Shown: piece by piece, positions 39,391 to 47,334 of the stretch
Position numbering within the stretch: the first letter of the stretch is position 1
Layout: the number at the start of each line of letters is the position of its first letter
Source of the DNA: Terriglobia bacterium
Lineage (GTDB): Bacteria; Acidobacteriota; Terriglobia; Acidiferrales; UBA7541
Direction of reading: 5' to 3'
Length of the DNA stretch: 64,000 nucleotides
NCBI GenBank assembly: GCA_020073605.1
Contig: JAIQEW010000015.1
Span: 10,231 to 74,230 of the forward strand
The notes under the pieces: generated by a model
The model's input: the letters and a program-made list of their open reading frames with translations, nothing else
What the model was told of the DNA's origin: nothing
Databases searched by the model: none
Position numbers and translations under genes: made by a program

Positions 39391-39588
39391 CTACCGCACA
39401 TCGCGGAAAACCGTGAGATCGCGCAAGGGCGCGAGGCCGAGCGCGCGAGATCGATCTCCCAGGCTCATCCGCCATGGATAAGGGCGGACGAACTGGGAGC
39501 CCTTTCTGCGGTAGCGCGCTCCGGTGCGCCACCACGCGCGGAAGTCGGTGAGCGACCAGATCAATTGTGCTTTCGGACGCGCGTTCAT
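39391..39588 (-). CDS. Possible 65-aa protein translationally coupled to the transglycosylase gene
   Basis: ATGA start/stop overlap with the SLT gene at 39585-39588. Sequence MNARPKAQLIWSLTDFRAWWRTGARYRRKG... No family was recognised. Confidence 0.3.
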   Translation of the reverse strand: MNARPKAQLIWSLTDFRAWWRTGARYRRKGSQFVRPYPWRMSLGDRSRALGLAPLRDLTVFRDVR

Positions 39589-40079
39589 CGGTAGTTCGCG
39601 ATGCGGGCGAGGACTTGCGGTGCGTAGCCAGCGTTCGCGCCGCCGTTCCAGAGCGTGAGGGCGCGCGCAATATCGCTGTCCGCCGAACTGATCTTTGCTG
39701 CGAGAGCAGCACAGCCGATGTCGAGCCCGGCGGGCGGATCGCACAGCGCGCTGAGGAATTTTCCCGTGAAGCCGTGCTCGCGCGCGACCTGTCCCATCAC
39801 CTGCATCAGTCCCCAGGAGATCGAGCGCGCCACTTCCTCGGTCGGAGGGAGGCCGAGCGGCGCGACGTAGTGCACGCGGAAGGCAGGCTCGTAGCGGATC
39901 GCGTGGGTGTCCCAGGAGGATTCCTGCTCGACGACGGCGCAAACGAGCGCGGGATCGAGCGCGTACTTCGTGGCAGCGGCGCGGGCAAGCGCGATCAGAT
40001 CGGCAGGAGGGGACATGGTGGACACGGACCAAGGAAACAAGGAGGCAAGATGCAAAGACGCGGCGCCGCGCGGACACAT
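39585..40079 (-). CDS. Lytic transglycosylase (SLT/lysozyme-like domain), endolysin-like
   Basis: 164 aa with the catalytic context VVEQESSWDTHAIRYEP and WGLMQVMG. No signal peptide is evident. Confidence 0.85.
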   Translation of the reverse strand: MCPRGAASLHLASLFPWSVSTMSPPADLIALARAAATKYALDPALVCAVVEQESSWDTHAIRYEPAFRVHYVAPLGLPPTEEVARSISWGLMQVMGQVAREHGFTGKFLSALCDPPAGLDIGCAALAAKISSADSDIARALTLWNGGANAGYAPQVLARIANYR

Positions 40080-40090
40080 CTGCGATTCAA

Positions 40091-40330
40091 GAGTTCCCTG
40101 CTGTGCGCGATGCCCAGACTACATGCTGCGGGTGATGCTGCGCAGCGGAGGGCGCTCCGCGCCGGTTCGCTTATGTCGGAGCCTTCCGGCACAGGGCGTC
40201 GGGCCGCAACAGTTCCCTGCCGCGCCGTAGGCCCAGAGTACATGCCGCGAGAGAAACAGCGCATTCGAGGGCGCTGCGCGCAGGCTTGTTATGTCGGAGC
40301 TTCCCGACAAACAGCGTCGGGTCCGATTTC
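40091..40330. repeat. Two tandem ~120-bp REP/MITE-like units
   Basis: Units at 40091-40210 and 40211-40330 share AGTTCCCTGC..CCCAGAsTACATGCyGCG..GAGGGCGCT..TTATGTCGGAGCyTCCsGnCA..GCGTCGGG. A further hairpin GGACTCC-ggt-GGAGTCC follows. Confidence 0.75.
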
Positions 40331-40428
40331 AGGACTCCGGTGGAGTCCATCGGACTCCCGAAACCGGAGACGCAAACGACGCGAAAGACGCAGCCCGCAA
40401 GGACTCAGGTGACGCTGCGCGGCGGCGG

Positions 40429-43400
40429 CTATTGAACGATGACGATCAGCTTGGCGTTGTGTGTGGTGCCGTTTGCCGTGGCGCTGACCAGCACGCTGTA
40501 CGTGCCGGCGGGCGCCGGGATTTTCGCTGGAGGAGGTGGTGGCGGCGGACCGACATTCCCGCTGCCCCCGCCACAACCATTGATGAGCAGTAGCAAAGAC
40601 AAGGTGCCGAGTCCGAGCGCCCACTGCAATCTGGCACGAGTGCGAATTGGAGCGCTGCGAAGTGCGAAGAAGATGCTCAGTGCAAACACGACGGCAACAC
40701 CGGCCGGAAACTGGGGCAAGCCTTCCCGCCGGAGCGGAAGGCTCTCGGCCCCCTGGAGAGCATAAGCGTTGATCGTGAGCGAGGCTGTGGTGATGCCGCT
40801 GACCATCGGCGTCGATGGATTCACCGTGCACCCGATGCTCCCGGGTGACGGAACGCAGGTCACTGGAACAGCCATGTTGAAGCCGTCGGCCCCATTCAGA
40901 ATCAGAGAGACGCTGCCCGATTGCCCGGAAGGAATCACGACGCGCGGAACATCGAGTGAGAGAGAGAAGGTGCTGAGATCGACGGTCACCGCGCCAGGGG
41001 CGCTTGTGGACGGATTGTAAACACTATCGCCGCTATAGACAGCCACGACCTGATTGCCTCCACTCGACAGTGCGAGCGCGGGCATGGGGCCCGAAGGGGT
41101 GCCTATGGAAGTTCCCGGGCCGATCTGCACCAGCGAGCCGGGCAAGCCGTAACCGTTCACATAGAAGATTACCGATCCAGTGGGAGCCGGCGGAGTTCCG
41201 GACGAGCCCTGCACAGTGGCCGTGAAGCTGGTGGACTGCGTCCGGGTGATGCTTGTGGGAGAGACCGAAAGCGTGATCGTCGACGCCGCTCGGGTGGAAG
41301 GCGTGACCACGATGGGCGTCGGGTACGAGCCAGCCGCCGCGATCCAATTGTTGTCGCCGGCGTAATTCACGCTGAGAGTGAAGGTGCCCGCGGTTGGAAG
41401 ATTCGCGAGTGTGGCTGTCGCAACAGCGTGAGGGAACCCGGCAAAATTGTTGACGGCAACAAGCGGCGCGGTGACCGTGGTGCCTCCGAGCGTCACGCTC
41501 ACGTTTCCCGTGGGCGGCGTGCCGAACCCGGTCCCGAGCACGACGTCCATCGTGAGATTGCCGCCGACCGGGACGGATGTTTCCAGCTGAGGAAAGTAGA
41601 GCTGCGGGTCCCCTTTCGCGATTGTGAACGTGAAGGGACCAACCGCGGAGGGCTGATAGCTCACATCGCCGGAATAGCTGAGCGTGATCGCATGCGTGCC
41701 GACGGACAGCGTGGTGGGAGAATATCCGGCAACGCCCTGACTGTTGATGGGCACCTTCTGCGAGTTGGTGCCATCCGCGAAGGTCACGGAGCCCGTGCCG
41801 AGACCGAAGAGTCCCTCACCGTTCATGCCATAGGGCTCGGCGGTAAATATCCATCGTCCACCGTAAGTTCCCTGGTCGCCCGTGTTGATCACGTTGCCCT
41901 GGGGTCCGTACGCGACAAACCAGATGGAGCTCGACTCAGGAGTAACCGTCACATTTACAGGAGCGGACGCGCTTGGGCCGAAATTGCCGTCGCCGTAGTA
42001 TCGCGCGCTGACCTGATACGTTCCGCCGGGAAAGAAACCGACTTGTTCACTGGCCGTTCCACTGGCAAGGGGGATGGATTCGTTCCATTGGAATGGCATA
42101 CCGCTCGTGGTGGTGATACCGACGTCGCCCGTCGGCGTGCCGGAGCCGGACGATCCCGCGACGTTGGCGGTGAAATTGACGAGTGTGCCGTGAACGAATG
42201 ACGTCGGCGACAAGGAGAGCGTGGTTGTGGTGGAAAGGAACGAGGTCTTGTTCCAATTCGTGACGAGCGCGTTCGCATCCACCGAGCCGAGGCCGCTGGC
42301 AAGATCGTAGCCCGGCCCCGCGGGATATTTTTGCAGGGAAAAAAGACCATCGCCATTCGTGTCGAGCGAGCAATCCGGACTTCCCTGCTGACAAGGGACG
42401 TTGTTCGTGCCCGTCGTGATGTCATGAAAGACGGCCGGGAATTGCCGGGCGAGCGCGTAGAGAGTGAAATCGGCCTGGCCCTGGCGTCCGAATCTCTGGT
42501 TGACCAGCGCCATAAGTCCCGCCATCGCGGGGGCCGACGCAGAGGTGCCTCCGACGAGGAGAATTTGCGGCTGGCCGCCGGACGGAGTCGAACAATTCCC
42601 CTGGGCGGCGCAGATCGCATAGGCGCTTGAATTCTCGCCTGCCGCGGCGAACAGGGACACATCCGGCAGATCGCGGACTCCGTCGTTCGGCACTCCGGGA
42701 GCCGTCTGCCATATTGGCTTTGGGTATCCGGAGAGGCAAACCGTTTGGCCCGCAGACTGCGAGCAACTGCTGGCGCCACCGCCGCCGCCGAGGATTGATG
42801 AGCCGAGGCCGCTGAATATGTTCAGTCCGAAAGGCCCGTCCCAAGGTTGTTCGGGGAGAGACGCTTTCAAGGATCCGTTGCTCGCATCGTTGGTCTGGTT
42901 CCAGAAAGGCGTTGCGCTGGAGGGGCCGGAAGCATAGCCCGGGTAGAAGAAGTCGGTGCCACCCACCGCTACGTTCCAGGGCGTGGATGCCGTGCCGTTG
43001 ACGGCCAGGCCTTGAGTGGCGACCGGGCTGCCATCGAAATCGCAGCCGCCAGAGCCGCTATCACCCGTGGAGACAACCACCGTCTGCCCCTGCGCGGCGG
43101 CTTCCTCCCAGAGTCTGTTCCACAGAAAGTTGTTGTTGGCGCCGAGCTGCGCTTCGCAGCCTCCAAAGCTCAAGCTGAGAACGGATGCCTGGTTATCCTC
43201 CACGGCCCGGGCAGCGGACAGCATGATCGGATCCTCTATCTGGCTGCCGTCGGAGATGTAGAGGTTCACCGTGGCGTTGGGCGCCACAGCGCCGCTGAGC
43301 TCCACGTCGAGATACGCTTCGAGGTCGGAGCTGGGCAGCGGCTCGATGCCCGGATCGTTGCCATCGATGACAATTTGAGTCGGATTGGCGGGAAGGCCGA

Positions 43401-44250
43401 AGAGTTGGCGGTACGTGTTGACCAGGCTCACATCGATATTCGACTCGCCGATGATGCCGATGGTCTGGCCGGAGCCATTCACTCCCGCCGCGTACAGCGG
43501 AGTGACGTCGTACTGCGTGGCGAAATCCTCCGGAGCAAGCGCGAAGAAGTTCGAGATGCCGCCCGGTAGCGTGAATAGAGGAGTGGCTTTGTTCGCGGAG
43601 CGGGAATACCAGGCTTGCCCCAAGGATTGAACGTAGGGTTTCAGGCGGAAATTGCTGATTGGAGCAACGCCGCGAACGAGAGGAGCGAGAGCTTCCGGAA
43701 TCGTCAGCTCGGTGGCGTTCGCGTAGCGAGTTTCGCCCTTGATGCTGTACTGGTGAATCTCGGAGTGGAAGGCCTCCCGGACGTTTGCAGCCGTCCCGGA
43801 AAATTCGATGAGGCTCTTGCCGTTTCTCGTCGCAGCCACGCGGAAACCGTGGGAAGCGAGCCAGTTGGCAGCGGCCTGAACATCGGAATCGGCGGGTCCA
43901 AACTGCTCGCCGTATTGCGCCGGAGTAAGCCACTGGTGATAGGAGGCCGTGCCGGGGCTGTGGACGTCAGACAGGAATTGGCGGAGAGCCGCCTCGCGTT
44001 CCGGCGGGCGGTTGAGCATCAAGAGCATGCGATTCGCCGCGAACGAATCGGGGACGGCGCCCTGATCGGAGCCGGCTCGTGCGAGCGGGTGCACGGTGCC
44101 GCGGAGCGTGACCGTTTTCGATTCGTCGATGGCCTGCGTGACGAGCTGGCGCGGAGGATTCTGCGCCGCAGTCGTCCAAGGCAGCATCAGGACTGCCGGC
44201 AGCAGACAGAGAAAAGACGCGCGCGAAGAAAATCCTGGCACTGGCTTCAT
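40429..44250 (-). CDS. Secreted sedolisin (peptidase S53) with pro-kumamolisin activation domain, multiple Ig-like repeats and a C-terminal TM/lipobox-like module
   Basis: Signal peptide ..LLPAVLMLPWTTAAQ. Propeptide-like N-terminus (..YHQWLTPAQYGEQFGPADSDVQAAANWLASHGF). Catalytic Ser context GGTSASAPAMAGLMAL. Long Thr/Ser/Gly-rich beta repeats. Confidence 0.8.
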   Translation of the reverse strand: MKPVPGFSSRASFLCLLPAVLMLPWTTAAQNPPRQLVTQAIDESKTVTLRGTVHPLARAGSDQGAVPDSFAANRMLLMLNRPPEREAALRQFLSDVHSPGTASYHQWLTPAQYGEQFGPADSDVQAAANWLASHGFRVAATRNGKSLIEFSGTAANVREAFHSEIHQYSIKGETRYANATELTIPEALAPLVRGVAPISNFRLKPYVQSLGQAWYSRSANKATPLFTLPGGISNFFALAPEDFATQYDVTPLYAAGVNGSGQTIGIIGESNIDVSLVNTYRQLFGLPANPTQIVIDGNDPGIEPLPSSDLEAYLDVELSGAVAPNATVNLYISDGSQIEDPIMLSAARAVEDNQASVLSLSFGGCEAQLGANNNFLWNRLWEEAAAQGQTVVVSTGDSGSGGCDFDGSPVATQGLAVNGTASTPWNVAVGGTDFFYPGYASGPSSATPFWNQTNDASNGSLKASLPEQPWDGPFGLNIFSGLGSSILGGGGGASSCSQSAGQTVCLSGYPKPIWQTAPGVPNDGVRDLPDVSLFAAAGENSSAYAICAAQGNCSTPSGGQPQILLVGGTSASAPAMAGLMALVNQRFGRQGQADFTLYALARQFPAVFHDITTGTNNVPCQQGSPDCSLDTNGDGLFSLQKYPAGPGYDLASGLGSVDANALVTNWNKTSFLSTTTTLSLSPTSFVHGTLVNFTANVAGSSGSGTPTGDVGITTTSGMPFQWNESIPLASGTASEQVGFFPGGTYQVSARYYGDGNFGPSASAPVNVTVTPESSSIWFVAYGPQGNVINTGDQGTYGGRWIFTAEPYGMNGEGLFGLGTGSVTFADGTNSQKVPINSQGVAGYSPTTLSVGTHAITLSYSGDVSYQPSAVGPFTFTIAKGDPQLYFPQLETSVPVGGNLTMDVVLGTGFGTPPTGNVSVTLGGTTVTAPLVAVNNFAGFPHAVATATLANLPTAGTFTLSVNYAGDNNWIAAAGSYPTPIVVTPSTRAASTITLSVSPTSITRTQSTSFTATVQGSSGTPPAPTGSVIFYVNGYGLPGSLVQIGPGTSIGTPSGPMPALALSSGGNQVVAVYSGDSVYNPSTSAPGAVTVDLSTFSLSLDVPRVVIPSGQSGSVSLILNGADGFNMAVPVTCVPSPGSIGCTVNPSTPMVSGITTASLTINAYALQGAESLPLRREGLPQFPAGVAVVFALSIFFALRSAPIRTRARLQWALGLGTLSLLLLINGCGGGSGNVGPPPPPPPAKIPAPAGTYSVLVSATANGTTHNAKLIVIVQ

Positions 44251-44457
44251 CGACGGAGCCTCACAGCATCAGCGATCGCAATGCGGGAGGCAATGGTTCG
44301 CGCGAGGTTGAGGTCTAGCGAGCTGAGCAACCAGCGCCTCTGGGACGGCGAGTAATATAGAACTGAGTACTTGCGAAGTAAACAACAAAACCAGTGGAGG
44401 CTCTTCGGTAGGTGCGATCATTCCGGCGGGGGTGCGCGTTCAGGTATACTCGCGCGC

Positions 44458-44874
44458 ATGCCTGATAATGCCTCGGGCAGCGACCTTTTCTCGTTTGACC
44501 GGGCGCAGCGAGCGCCCTCCGTGCCCTACCCTGCCCAGCCGTACGCTCCCTATGCCGACGCGTGGAAGGAATTCGACAAGCTGCAAAAAGCCGTGCGCGG
44601 CCAGGGCCCGCTTCGGTGGATTCACTGGGTGTTTGACATGGTGGTGTTCGGCGGCGGAGCGTTTGGACTTCACCTGCTGAAAGGACACAAGCTCATCATT
44701 GGTTACAGTATCGGTGCGCTCATAGTTGCCGAGATCTATTCGTACTTCAGCCGGAGAGAACGATTCCTTCACTGGCAGTGCCCGCGCTGCCGCAGCGAAT
44801 GGCCCGGCACGAAAACCGAAAAAGATACCAGGTGCAAGTTCTGTCACCTCCAACTCCATCAGATGGCGCCGTAA
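44458..44874 (+). CDS. Hypothetical membrane protein with C-terminal zinc-ribbon (CPRC..CKFC)
   Basis: Start at MPDNASGSDLF. Two hydrophobic helices, then WQCPRCRSEWPGTKTEKDTRCKFCH. TATACT lies 8 nt before the ATG, so the transcript may be leaderless. Confidence 0.5.
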   Translation: MPDNASGSDLFSFDRAQRAPSVPYPAQPYAPYADAWKEFDKLQKAVRGQGPLRWIHWVFDMVVFGGGAFGLHLLKGHKLIIGYSIGALIVAEIYSYFSRRERFLHWQCPRCRSEWPGTKTEKDTRCKFCHLQLHQMAP

Positions 44875-44984
44875 TTCGCTCTGATGAGATTGGCAATGGG
44901 CGACTTTCTTGCGGGCGCGGGCTTGCCTTTGTGGCGGCTCGAAGCCTGGATGTGGAAGCAGGAATCGTGGGAATCGTTCTTGGG

Positions 44985-45554
44985 TCAGGAGTGGCGGTTA
45001 ATCTGGAACAGCAGAGCGTTCAGCTTTGTGGCTAGCTTTCGATATGCACGCTCTTGCTCCGAGATTTGGTCCTGGGTATACACCTTGAATGGGAAACCTC
45101 CACCCGTGGCGGCGCCTTTGTAGTCCAAATAGGCGTCAGTGATGTTGTCGAAGCCCCTGATAAGTGGGGAACACTGACTCATTCCGAGTGCTGATTCCAC
45201 GTGCCCAATTCCGTTTGCCACGCGACGAAGAGCGGAGAGAATGGTCTTCTTATCGCTCTTGTTGATGCGTGACGCGTCGTGGCAGCTAATTAGTGCCTCG
45301 CGGGACGACTTGAGCTCTACCAGAACATCCCGTAGATCACTGATGAGTAGGTCCTTTTCAGCTCGCAGATTACTTGCCTTCTCCTGAAAATACTGGGTTA
45401 CAAAGAGTGCGATAAAGACATTGACCGCTAGTATCCCGAGCTCTACCGGCTTGATCTCGAGATCAAGATGAAAGCCGAACAAACAGTAGTACGCACTGAG
45501 CACAATGGCGCAAAACGTAGCAACTATGAGCAGCGCAACCCAGACGGCTTTCAT
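44985..45554 (-). CDS. Two-TM membrane protein with helical cytoplasmic tail (candidate effector of the cassette)
   Basis: 189 aa. TM1 AVWVALLIVATFCAIVLSAYYCLFGF and TM2 LGILAVNVFIALFVTQYF. ATGA overlap with the upstream gene. A/T-richer codon usage. Confidence 0.6.
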   Translation of the reverse strand: MKAVWVALLIVATFCAIVLSAYYCLFGFHLDLEIKPVELGILAVNVFIALFVTQYFQEKASNLRAEKDLLISDLRDVLVELKSSREALISCHDASRINKSDKKTILSALRRVANGIGHVESALGMSQCSPLIRGFDNITDAYLDYKGAATGGGFPFKVYTQDQISEQERAYRKLATKLNALLFQINRHS

Positions 45555-45871
45555 TTCTTGCGGGCTTCCTTAATGTATTTGGTGATTTCCTGCACGAGAT
45601 ACGGCTCGTCTTCGCACTTGAAGGTTAGGGTGTCGAGGATCTTCGACGCTTCGTACTCGCGTGCAAGGCCTCCAAATGCAGCTTCGAGGAATGAAGTGGC
45701 ATAGCCTTCTGTCCCGTCCAGATCAATATTGAGCTTCTGCCCTGCGGCGACCGACTCGACAAATTGTGGTCTCAGCAAAGTCTCCAAGAACTCCTCCCCG
45801 GAGAAGTCGCCTTCCTCTCTTGATCTCGGTCCCGGTGTCTGCGAAAAGTCGCGCGCTACGGAAATTGCCAT
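45551..45871 (-). CDS. DUF4325-like (STAS-like) small protein
   Basis: 106 aa. ARDFSQTPGPRSREEGDFSGEEF .. KLNIDLDGTEGYATSFLEAAFGGL matches my recollection of the DUF4325 pattern. AAAGGA SD lies 8 nt upstream. Confidence 0.6.
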   Translation of the reverse strand: MAISVARDFSQTPGPRSREEGDFSGEEFLETLLRPQFVESVAAGQKLNIDLDGTEGYATSFLEAAFGGLAREYEASKILDTLTFKCEDEPYLVQEITKYIKEARKK

Positions 45872-45883
45872 TGTGAGTCCTTT

Positions 45884-46951
45884 CTACTGACTCTCCCAGT
45901 ACAGAAGAGTCCCGGCGAATTCAGTGGGGAGCACTCTGAAATCCCCGGTCGTAAGGTTCGCGTATACGTCATTTGCGATGATGACCAAAGAAAGTATTCT
46001 GCCTTCTTGAAAGAGGCGATAAATCGCCGGGATACCTTTACCCCGATAGGCCACGCCCGTACTAGATTCTACTTTGCCTTCAAGAATGTCTCTCAGAATT
46101 CTTGTGTTACTCGTCACGCCAGCGAGTCGATAGAGGTGTCGCATTGCGCCTATCTTTATGCTTCGGAAGATCCCCACGCCCACATCCAGAAACGTGTAAC
46201 ACACTCTCCCGGTTAGCTTATCGGCGTACACGGTTGCCCACCAAGTCTTGGTGCCCGCATGCTGTTTCCCAGCATGGTTGTGGGTATTAGACATACTTTC
46301 AATTAGCACTCGATACGTGCTGAAATGATGCCTCGGGGCCCCATAGTTTGCCTCCGTGCCAATGTGAATTAGGTCTCGCGCAACCGTTGGCTCCACTTTC
46401 TTGCTTTGCTTCTGGAGGATTCTGCCTCTGGTACATGGTGGTAGCGGATTAACACTCCGTGCGTAGTCGAAAAATCCAGACTGCATCAGCATCTCAGTCG
46501 CGGCAAAGTCATTCGGCACGTTGCCCCTTACTCGGGTTTCGGGCATTCCGCGTATGGTCGCGACCAACGCCGCAACCGCGTCGGACGTCATCGCGGTAAT
46601 ACCACTAAGGTCAAATGCCAGATTGCTCTTTTCGCCAAGAAACTTGACCTGACGAAGGAATGCGGTCACTTCCTCGGGGTTTCTGACGAGGGAGAACACA
46701 TTGGGAGCAGTGACGGTTACAAACTTTGGCCCCTCGTGTTTTCGTCGTTTTATTCGCTCGGCTTGAAGTGCTCGCTTCTTAACCCTGTGCCGCTGCCTCT
46801 TGCGCAGCTCATCTTCTTGTCTGTGCCTTAGGTAGTTCTTCCATTTGTTGGTCGAATACAGTTTTTTCGACATTGTGGGCGAGAAGCGCCCCAAAGTGTA
46901 AACCGATTCATCATAGCGGACAAGATAACGGTGTTGCAGGCGGTAGAACAC
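45884..46951 (-). CDS. STAS-like domain fused to a GHKL (HATPase_c, SpoIIAB/RsbW-like) ATPase/kinase, with Lys/Arg-rich N-terminus
   Basis: N-box ESMSNTHNHA, G1 FLDVGVGIF, G2-like YRGKGIP. Upstream STAS-like NLAFDLSGITAMTSDAVAALVATI..ATEMLMQSGFFDY. Start is either GTG 46951 or ATG 46873. Confidence 0.6.
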   Translation of the reverse strand: MFYRLQHRYLVRYDESVYTLGRFSPTMSKKLYSTNKWKNYLRHRQEDELRKRQRHRVKKRALQAERIKRRKHEGPKFVTVTAPNVFSLVRNPEEVTAFLRQVKFLGEKSNLAFDLSGITAMTSDAVAALVATIRGMPETRVRGNVPNDFAATEMLMQSGFFDYARSVNPLPPCTRGRILQKQSKKVEPTVARDLIHIGTEANYGAPRHHFSTYRVLIESMSNTHNHAGKQHAGTKTWWATVYADKLTGRVCYTFLDVGVGIFRSIKIGAMRHLYRLAGVTSNTRILRDILEGKVESSTGVAYRGKGIPAIYRLFQEGRILSLVIIANDVYANLTTGDFRVLPTEFAGTLLYWESQ

Positions 46952-46953
46952 AC

Positions 46954-47208
46954 CTAATCGCGCGAGCGATGGCTGAGGTCGAGCCAGCGGATGGGAGGGA
47001 GCGGCTTGCGGTCAATTCCCTGCTCTTCGCAGAGCTTTTCCAGGCGCTCGTAGATGTGGGGCAAGTGGTTCGTCGCCATGTCGTGGACGAATGTGCGTGT
47101 GATCTCGTCGTTGCGAATTCGGCGATAGAGCCAGCGCAGAAACACGACGAGCTGCACGGCGGCGCTCAACGCAACAGCTGGCCAGTAGGAATCAAGGAGT
47201 GTGTGCAT
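46954..47208 (-). CDS. Hypothetical 84-aa single-TM protein
   Basis: MHTLLDSYWPAVALSAAVQLVVFLRWLY.. Its stop lies 2 nt before the GTG of the next gene. Its GC resembles the flanks rather than the cassette. Confidence 0.4.
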   Translation of the reverse strand: MHTLLDSYWPAVALSAAVQLVVFLRWLYRRIRNDEITRTFVHDMATNHLPHIYERLEKLCEEQGIDRKPLPPIRWLDLSHRSRD

Positions 47209-47334
47209 GGCAGGGGGTGGCGAGCGTCCGCCTTCGCGATTCTTCTGCTTCGGCGGATCATGCCCTTTGAACAAAGAAAAGCAGATCCCTCGTCGGCCAG
47301 GAGCAGGCCTCCGTCGGGATGACAACAAAAGAGG

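Noticed and set aside
38100-40330. CRISPR array
   Set aside because: The repeats are long, diverged, differently oriented and directly abutting or irregularly spaced. There are no uniform repeat-spacer units and no cas genes. The heptad tracts have no spacers at all.
44432-44859. ORFs 44432-44680 (+) and 44440-44859 (-) overlapping the 44458-44874 gene
   Set aside because: These are alternative-frame or antisense ORFs without features. The chosen frame has TM helices and a CPRC..CKFC zinc ribbon.
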